Assembly: GCA_965249725.1 (NCBI GenBank)
Contig: CBDFMQ010000002.1
Location: 288,001 to 352,000 of the forward strand
Direction of reading: 5' to 3'
Origin: Longimicrobiales bacterium
GTDB lineage: Bacteria; Gemmatimonadota; Gemmatimonadetes; Longimicrobiales; Gaopeijiaceae
DNA length: 64,000 nucleotides
Shown here: positions 58,447 through 64,000 of the stretch, piece after piece
How positions within the stretch are numbered: the stretch's first letter is position 1
How the letters are laid out: the number at the start of each line of letters is the position of its first letter
The notes under the pieces: model-generated
What the model was told of the DNA's origin: nothing
Database searches by the model: none
What the model saw: the letters and a program-made list of their open reading frames with translations, nothing else
Made by a program: the position numbers and the translations under genes

Positions 58447-59019
58447 CTACGGCTTCGCGCGGTAGTAAAAGCCGGGGAGCGGGATCGGTCGATGGCTGAT
58501 CGGCATGTCGTCCAGCGGATCGCTACGCCGAATCCATAGCCCCTCGTTGAGAGCGAGACTCCCGCCGAGCGCGTGGCCTCCGGCAAAGTTCCAGTCGGCT
58601 CCCAGGGGGATTCTGAGGAGCAACGACTGGCCGGTCCTGTGGGTCGGCTCCTCGGGGAACGCGGTCACTCCCCAGAGGCCGATACCCAAGAACGGCTGAA
58701 GATCCCCACCGCCGAAGTACTGCTTTCCCGTCACCGCCAGGCTCACGTCCTTGAAGCCAAACGTGGCCAGGTTCGCGTCTATGCTCCGATCGCCCCACCG
58801 GAACTCGAAAGAGAATCCGACCAACCCGATGCCTCCAGCTGTGACACCGATGCGGAATTCCATGTCGTCGTCCGCTGCCGACTGTGCCTGGGATGGCGCA
58901 GGTGCCAGCGCGAAAAGGCCTGAAGCGGCCCAGAACAGGAGGAGCTGGCCGGCGCTCGAACGTGGGTGCCTTTGAGGGCTTACGCGGCCGACCGAGTCGG
59001 GATTGAAGCGAGAACTCAT
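58447..59019 (-). CDS. Exported protein, probable small outer-membrane beta-barrel
   Basis: AQA-type signal; alternating Gly/aromatic strands (QPFLGIG, RIPLGADW). Confidence 0.55.
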   Translation of the reverse strand: MSSRFNPDSVGRVSPQRHPRSSAGQLLLFWAASGLFALAPAPSQAQSAADDDMEFRIGVTAGGIGLVGFSFEFRWGDRSIDANLATFGFKDVSLAVTGKQYFGGGDLQPFLGIGLWGVTAFPEEPTHRTGQSLLLRIPLGADWNFAGGHALGGSLALNEGLWIRRSDPLDDMPISHRPIPLPGFYYRAKP

Positions 59020-59081
59020 GGGGCCGGAGTATAGAGGAATCGCCCATTCGAGGCTATCCTATCGGCCCTGGTACGAGTGAC

Positions 59082-59126
59082 CCTGGTGGGGATCCTGGTG
59101 GGGATCGTGGTGGGGATCGTGGGCAT
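59082..59126. repeat. 12-bp tandem repeat CSTGGTGGGGAT x3 plus a partial copy
   Basis: Copies at 59082, 59094 and 59106, partial at 59118, in a divergent intergenic region. Confidence 0.85.
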
Positions 59127-59168
59127 CCCGTTCCGAGCGTAAGGAGTCGGCTGGTGGAGGACGATGGC

Positions 59169-60095
59169 ATGCGAAGAGTGACGCGGTTCGTCGGGGTGCC
59201 GGCCTTCGGCCTCTCGATGCTGTTTGTCGCGTCGTCGTGCACCCCTCCGGACCGGCCCGTCCGGTCGGTCGAGCCGCTGCCCGAGGCTCTCCTGACCTAC
59301 CTGGAGCCGGACACCGTACGAGGTCGTTTCCTGCAGGACGGGCTCACGTACCACTACCTCTGGTCGGCCAAGGGCCCATGGGCGGTTCACTCCCTGAGCC
59401 TCGATCTGGAGCGCTGCGACCTAGGACTCGTCGTGCTCCCGGCGGGGCACGACCGACCCGCCGACCCGGGCCTCGCGACTGTCTCCGCGTTGACGCATGC
59501 GGGGAATGAAGGGGTCCTGGCCGCCGTGAACGGGGACTTCTTCACTCCGGAGGGACGGCCCGTCGGGCCGGAGGTCACCGATGGACTGATCTTGCGGGCC
59601 CGTGGTCGACCCTCGTTCGCCTGGAGGCCCGGTGCCGATCCATGGATCGGAAGGAGCCGTGTGGGGGAGGGAGGAGGATTGGAGGCCGGCTTTTGGATTT
59701 CGGTGGACTCCCACTCGCTCGCTCAGGTGGTTGGCGGGTTTCCCGAACTGTTGCATGAGGGCAGCGCCGTCATGGAGCTCGACCTGGATCCGGCGCAGAG
59801 CTTCGCGGCCTTCCGTCATCCGAGGACCGCCGTCGGGTATGATCCGGAGGCTCGTCGGCTCTGGCTGCTGGTGGTCGATGGCAGACAGGGTGCGTACTCG
59901 TCGGGGATGACGTTGGTGGAGTTGACCGACGCGCTCATGGCTCTGGGGGCGAGCGAGGCGCTCAACCTGGACGGGGGAGGCTCGTCGGCCATGGTCGCGG
60001 ACGGCAGGCTCCTCAGCCACCCCTCTGATGAGGCGGGTGAGCGAGCGGTACGAAACGCGTTGGCAGTCGTCTCCAATCCCGCCTACTGCCGCTAG
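59169..60095 (+). CDS. Phosphodiester glycosidase (NAGPA/DUF2233) family lipoprotein
   Basis: AAVNGDFF, RHPRTAVG, VVDGRQ and LNLDGGGSS; ASSC lipobox. Confidence 0.9.
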   Translation: MRRVTRFVGVPAFGLSMLFVASSCTPPDRPVRSVEPLPEALLTYLEPDTVRGRFLQDGLTYHYLWSAKGPWAVHSLSLDLERCDLGLVVLPAGHDRPADPGLATVSALTHAGNEGVLAAVNGDFFTPEGRPVGPEVTDGLILRARGRPSFAWRPGADPWIGRSRVGEGGGLEAGFWISVDSHSLAQVVGGFPELLHEGSAVMELDLDPAQSFAAFRHPRTAVGYDPEARRLWLLVVDGRQGAYSSGMTLVELTDALMALGASEALNLDGGGSSAMVADGRLLSHPSDEAGERAVRNALAVVSNPAYCR

Positions 60096-62197
60096 AAGGC
60101 TACGCTGATTCCCGCGAAGATGGCCCTTCCGGGCCCGGGCTCGTAGTAGCGACCCCCGAACGCGTTTACGGCCACGGCCGCCGCGTACGTCTTGTCGAAG
60201 ATGTTGGCGACCCCGGCGAACGGTGAGACCTCCATCCGCCCGATCCGGGCTGCCGTAAGGCCGGTGCGGGCTTCCCAGAGTGAGTAGGCGCTCGCGAACT
60301 CGGTGTTGGAGTCGTTGACCGCCATGCGGCCGACGTAGTCTCCGCGGACCTCCCCGAACCAGGCCCCACTCCTGATCCGGACGAAGCCGTCCAGGCGGTG
60401 TTTGGTCAGACCAGGAATGTCGTTGCCGTCAAAGACTTCACCGTCCACTACGAAGTCGGTGAAGGTCGCATCGACATAGGTGTAGGTAAGCTGTGCCCGA
60501 ACACCCTCGGGGAGGACCGCGCGGACGGATCCCTCGAACCCTTGATACTTGGACGCGCCGCTGTTCCGGAAGAAGGTGCGGCCCTCTTGGGCCGGGTCCT
60601 CGAACGGTACGAGCTCGTCGGTACTCTCCGTGACGAAGACGCTGGCCTCGTAGCTCACTCGACTCCTGAGTTGGCCCCGGATCCCCATTTCTCCGCTCAC
60701 ACCACGCTGTGGGTCCAGGTCGGGATTGAAACCTCCACCCCCATCAGGCCGGTTGACCAATTCCGTGGTGGAAGGCGTATCCAAAGACGTCGCCACGTTG
60801 CCGTAGAGGACGAGTTCGGGCGTGACCTCAACGTGCACGCCCAGCGTGGGACTCAATGCATCCATAGTCCGCCCCCCGGACTCATCGGGGCTTTGGGCGG
60901 TGATCAGATGATCGTCCGCTTCGAAACGAAAGCGATCGTAGCGCAGGCCGCCCATCGCCCAGACCCGGGGAGACAAAGGTGCCCGGACCTGTACGAATAG
61001 CCCCGTCGCCGAGACGGTCTCGAACTGATCCAACGTGAGAGTCCCGCGGGTGCCCCCGTCGTTCTCGAAGTTCAGGCGGTTGTCGCGCTGGAAGTCCAAG
61101 TCGATCCCGGCGGTCCATGTCAGGTTTCCGGACTCGCCCGGGGTCTGTGTACTGATGGCCGCACGGGCGCCGAAGGCGGTGCGCTCGAGGTCGATGATCC
61201 TGGGGGGAATCGGGTTGTCCATATCGCGGAACAGGCCCCATCCGGAGAACTGCGCGCTCACGGCCCCCAGAGGTCCGTTCCACGCGACTCCCAACTGTCC
61301 CTGGTGCACTGCCTTGCGAGAGCCCTGATTCACGTTGAAGGCCCGCGCCGTCAGCGTTCCGGCTTCTAGATCGGCCTGATTGAGCTGTCCGGCGTTCTCA
61401 CCTTCGAGGTCGAAGAAGTTGCCGGTGACGCGGAAGGATCCCCCAGCGAGTTCGGTTCGTACCTGGGCGTTCGTGTTGAGTCGATCGGCCCCGCCGAAGA
61501 GGTCTGCCGGATCGTCCGGATGCGTCCGGAAGCCGTCGTAGGAAAGATGAGCCAGGTTCACGAGGTAGGAGGTCCCTCCTGCCGTGCCGGAGGTGGTGCT
61601 TTGCAGGCGCACGAGCCCGTTGTCTCCGAAGACGCCTTTGGCCTCCTGGCGGATGGGCACGTCGGGCGGTCGAGCCGTTTCGAAGCTCAAGACGCCGCCC
61701 CCCCCGTTTCCATAAAGCGCCGAGGCCGGGCCGCGTAGAATCTCTGCTCGGCCTAGGGATCCGATATCCAAGTGGTCCAGCGTGGACTGGCCGTCGGCCA
61801 GAGTCGCCGGTATTCCGTCCACTAGCACCTTGAGGCCGCGTACACCGAACTGCGCTCGGGCTCCGAGGCCGCGGATCGAGATGCGTTCACCGACCGTGTA
61901 GTTGTATCGATTCTGCACCTGTACGCCGGGAAGACCCTGAAGAGCTTCCTCCAGCGAGAGTCCGGAGTTACCCGACTGGAGGTTCTGTTGGCCTTGAACC
62001 GAGACGGCGAACGGCGTGCGGCCCAGGCCGTCCGAGCCTCGGATCACCGTAACCACCACCGAATCTAGCGGCACCACGCTGTCCGGCAGCTCCTGCGCCG
62101 CCAGCCGGTTGCCCATCCCGGAGAGGCCTACGGCTAGCAGACCCGTCAGGGTCCACTGGCGGGCTCGGGTCCGGTCGGAAAGGGCCTTCATCGTCAT
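60092..62197 (-). CDS. TonB-dependent receptor
   Basis: DSVVVT TonB-box-like; IRG, LVDGIP and EILRGPASALYG plug; C-terminal Phe. Confidence 0.93.
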   Translation of the reverse strand: MTMKALSDRTRARQWTLTGLLAVGLSGMGNRLAAQELPDSVVPLDSVVVTVIRGSDGLGRTPFAVSVQGQQNLQSGNSGLSLEEALQGLPGVQVQNRYNYTVGERISIRGLGARAQFGVRGLKVLVDGIPATLADGQSTLDHLDIGSLGRAEILRGPASALYGNGGGGVLSFETARPPDVPIRQEAKGVFGDNGLVRLQSTTSGTAGGTSYLVNLAHLSYDGFRTHPDDPADLFGGADRLNTNAQVRTELAGGSFRVTGNFFDLEGENAGQLNQADLEAGTLTARAFNVNQGSRKAVHQGQLGVAWNGPLGAVSAQFSGWGLFRDMDNPIPPRIIDLERTAFGARAAISTQTPGESGNLTWTAGIDLDFQRDNRLNFENDGGTRGTLTLDQFETVSATGLFVQVRAPLSPRVWAMGGLRYDRFRFEADDHLITAQSPDESGGRTMDALSPTLGVHVEVTPELVLYGNVATSLDTPSTTELVNRPDGGGGFNPDLDPQRGVSGEMGIRGQLRSRVSYEASVFVTESTDELVPFEDPAQEGRTFFRNSGASKYQGFEGSVRAVLPEGVRAQLTYTYVDATFTDFVVDGEVFDGNDIPGLTKHRLDGFVRIRSGAWFGEVRGDYVGRMAVNDSNTEFASAYSLWEARTGLTAARIGRMEVSPFAGVANIFDKTYAAAVAVNAFGGRYYEPGPGRAIFAGISVAF

Positions 62198-62590
62198 AAT
62201 CGATCCTTCAAGTAGTGCCACGAATGGGCGTGTGCCTCCTTGCAGAGGACTGCCGAGTCTACCCCCGTGTTGACCGAGCAGTCCAGGGCCGCTGTAAGAA
62301 GTCGTTGCCACCGCATGGGGGATGGGAGCACATTCAGGGGTCTACTGCCCGGCACCCGCGGATGATCTCTGCGGTGATCTCCCCGACGAGCTCACCGGAG
62401 AGCTCACCGGGGAAAGCCGGGGTTGTGCACCGACTTCGGCGGGGGTGGGGCACCTTGGAGGGCCGGCATGCGCGGAATAATGTTCAAAAGGGAAATGTTT
62501 GCCGGGTTTTTGCCGGCGTCCCTCCTGATGTGTCGAGACGAAATCCGCAGAAAACCTAGCTTTTCGCTCTTCCCCACATGTTCTGGCTTC

Positions 62591-62607
62591 TGGGCACACG
62601 CCTTGCG
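62591..62607 (+). promoter_or_regulatory. Sigma54 -24/-12 promoter for the pilin operon
   Basis: TGGGCACACGCCTTGCG: GGCAC...TTGC with exact GG-N10-GC spacing, 26 bp before ATG 62634. Confidence 0.6.
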
Positions 62608-62633
62608 ATATCGGTCGTTCGTGGAGTAATGCT

Positions 62634-63260
62634 ATGAAAAACACAACTAATCTTCAGTCTGCGAACGACGGCGGGGCCAACGTCCCCGGTCGGGCTTCGA
62701 TTCATGGGCCACTCTCAGGGTTCACCCTGGTTGAGCTCCTGATCGTTCTATCGATCGTCGGGATCCTGATGACCATCGTGCTTCCCAGGATCGACGTCGC
62801 GCGTTTCCAGCTCGACGCCGCCATCCAAGAAGTAGCGTCGGCCGTTGCGAGCGCGAGAGGACAGGCGATCCTCCGTCAGCATGACTACGTGCTCATGTTC
62901 GAAGAAGACGAGGACCGGTTCTTCGTCCTAAACGACATGAACAACAACGGGCAGACGGACGCGGGTGAGGAGCGCAGGATGGTGCAGCTCTCCGAGCGCG
63001 TGAGGTTCCACCGCGGGGGTGCCGATCCGATCATGGGTCTGACCGGCCCCATCGCCTTTACCAAAATGGCGGAGTCACTTCCGGCCTTGATGTTCCATCG
63101 TAATGGCGCCGCCAGTGAAGAAGGCGTCATCTACATCACCTCTGTACGCGCCGTGACGGCGAGTAATCCCCAGGATTCGAGAGCCCTCCAGGTTGAGCGG
63201 GCCACTGGGCGCGTCCGTTGCTTTACCTATCGGACTTTGGCTTGGCAGGAAGGCTGCTGA
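62634..63260 (+). CDS. Type IV minor pilin/pseudopilin (FimT/GspH-like)
   Basis: GFTLVELLIV prepilin motif; AR.QAI; TGRV. Confidence 0.88.
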   Translation: MKNTTNLQSANDGGANVPGRASIHGPLSGFTLVELLIVLSIVGILMTIVLPRIDVARFQLDAAIQEVASAVASARGQAILRQHDYVLMFEEDEDRFFVLNDMNNNGQTDAGEERRMVQLSERVRFHRGGADPIMGLTGPIAFTKMAESLPALMFHRNGAASEEGVIYITSVRAVTASNPQDSRALQVERATGRVRCFTYRTLAWQEGC

Positions 63261-63262
63261 TT

Positions 63263-63649
63263 ATGAATAGACAAGGTTTCACGATCGTCGAGATGATTGT
63301 GGCGATTCTCATCCTCACCACCGCCATTCTGGGCATGGGCGCTTCGGCAGGATTCATGATGCAGGCGGCATCAGGCGCCGGCGTCAAGTCGGAGGCCCTA
63401 CAGGCGGTCGAGGGCCGGATTTCGCAGATCGTCATGGACCCGCGTTATACGGTGCTCGACTCCATCTACGGGGGCACCGAGACCACCCTGCCAGGCCTCG
63501 AGGGCTATGACCGCCAAACTGCGATCACCCACGTATACCAGGCAGGTGCACCGGGTAAGTTCACCGATTACAAGAGAATTGTCGTTACCGTTTCCGGGCC
63601 TGGCCTCACCGAGGACATCACCCGGACCATGATTGTGGGGACACCATGA
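63263..63649 (+). CDS. Type IV minor pilin (PilV/GspI-like)
   Basis: MNRQGFTIVEMIVA prepilin motif; KRIVVTV. Confidence 0.85.
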   Translation: MNRQGFTIVEMIVAILILTTAILGMGASAGFMMQAASGAGVKSEALQAVEGRISQIVMDPRYTVLDSIYGGTETTLPGLEGYDRQTAITHVYQAGAPGKFTDYKRIVVTVSGPGLTEDITRTMIVGTP

Positions 63650-64000
63650 GTAGGCTAAAGAACCGTAGGGGCGAAGCTGGGTTCACCCTGATCGAGCTCC
63701 TTATCGTCACGCTGGTGTTCGGGATCGTCGTTGCAGGCGCGCTGGGCTTCATGACCGCTCAGCACAACGCCTTCAACAAGGGCTCCGACCAGCTGTTGAC
63801 GCTTCAGAACCTCCGTTATGCGTACCAGACGCTCGAGATCGACCTCTCGACGCTGGGCAGCAATGTACCCGCCGGGCAACCCGGCTTGGTCCTCGCTGAG
63901 GACGACGTGGTCGCCTTTACGGCGGACTACACGTCGAATCTCGCGAACGACGTGTCTGCCGTGTACATCGACCCGGACGCGCCCAGCGGGATGGTTCAGG
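63646..64000 (+). CDS. Type IV minor pilin (PilW/GspJ-like), 3'-truncated by window edge
   Basis: Manual translation MSRLKNRRGEAGFTLIELLIV...QNLRYA; ATGA overlap with the previous gene. Confidence 0.85.
   Translation, partial: MSRLKNRRGEAGFTLIELLIVTLVFGIVVAGALGFMTAQHNAFNKGSDQLLTLQNLRYAYQTLEIDLSTLGSNVPAGQPGLVLAEDDVVAFTADYTSNLANDVSAVYIDPDAPSGMVQ

Noticed and set aside
62198..62480. Cobalamin or other riboswitch upstream of the TonB receptor
   Set aside because: No B12-box or other recognisable core seen by eye; an Infernal scan would be needed

Overview
High-GC bacterial chromosomal window. Gene content (lipoproteins with Ig-like Big_2 domains, DUF5916 barrel, M6 protease, alpha2-type glyQS, ECF/anti-sigma loci) suggests Gemmatimonadota, which is inference only. 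I found no rRNA, tRNA, CRISPR array, integrase or transposase. 1-3.1 kb holds TRAP transporter parts and an MBL hydrolase. 3.2-20 kb is an accessory secreted-protein cluster: four paralogous His-rich LVIVD/choice-of-anchor-B-like beta-propeller proteins with a shared C-terminal tail, a Met-rich multicopper-oxidase homologue that keeps its type-1 Cu ligands but has lost 3 of 8 trinuclear-cluster His, a CBM9/DUF5916 outer-membrane protein, a ~1800-aa repeat lipoprotein and a small secreted protein. This is the best candidate for an undescribed system. 20-45 kb is mostly housekeeping and metabolism (SSS permease, acyl-CoA synthetase, cyclase, nfuA, glyQS, NSS transporter, nth, HD protein, M6 protease, an unannotated MetS-like micro-ORF, carB, HDAC, CcmH-like, M24 peptidase, priA, HNH). 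45-57 kb has two ECF sigma/anti-sigma loci, a TolC/MacAB-type exporter and a NatAB-CPBP fusion. 57-64 kb has a thrC-like gene, a phosphodiester glycosidase, a TonB receptor and a sigma54-driven minor pilin operon. Two intergenic copies (24.6 kb and 51.2 kb) of a structured hairpin element with conserved ends and loop but fully exchanged 16-bp stems were also found.
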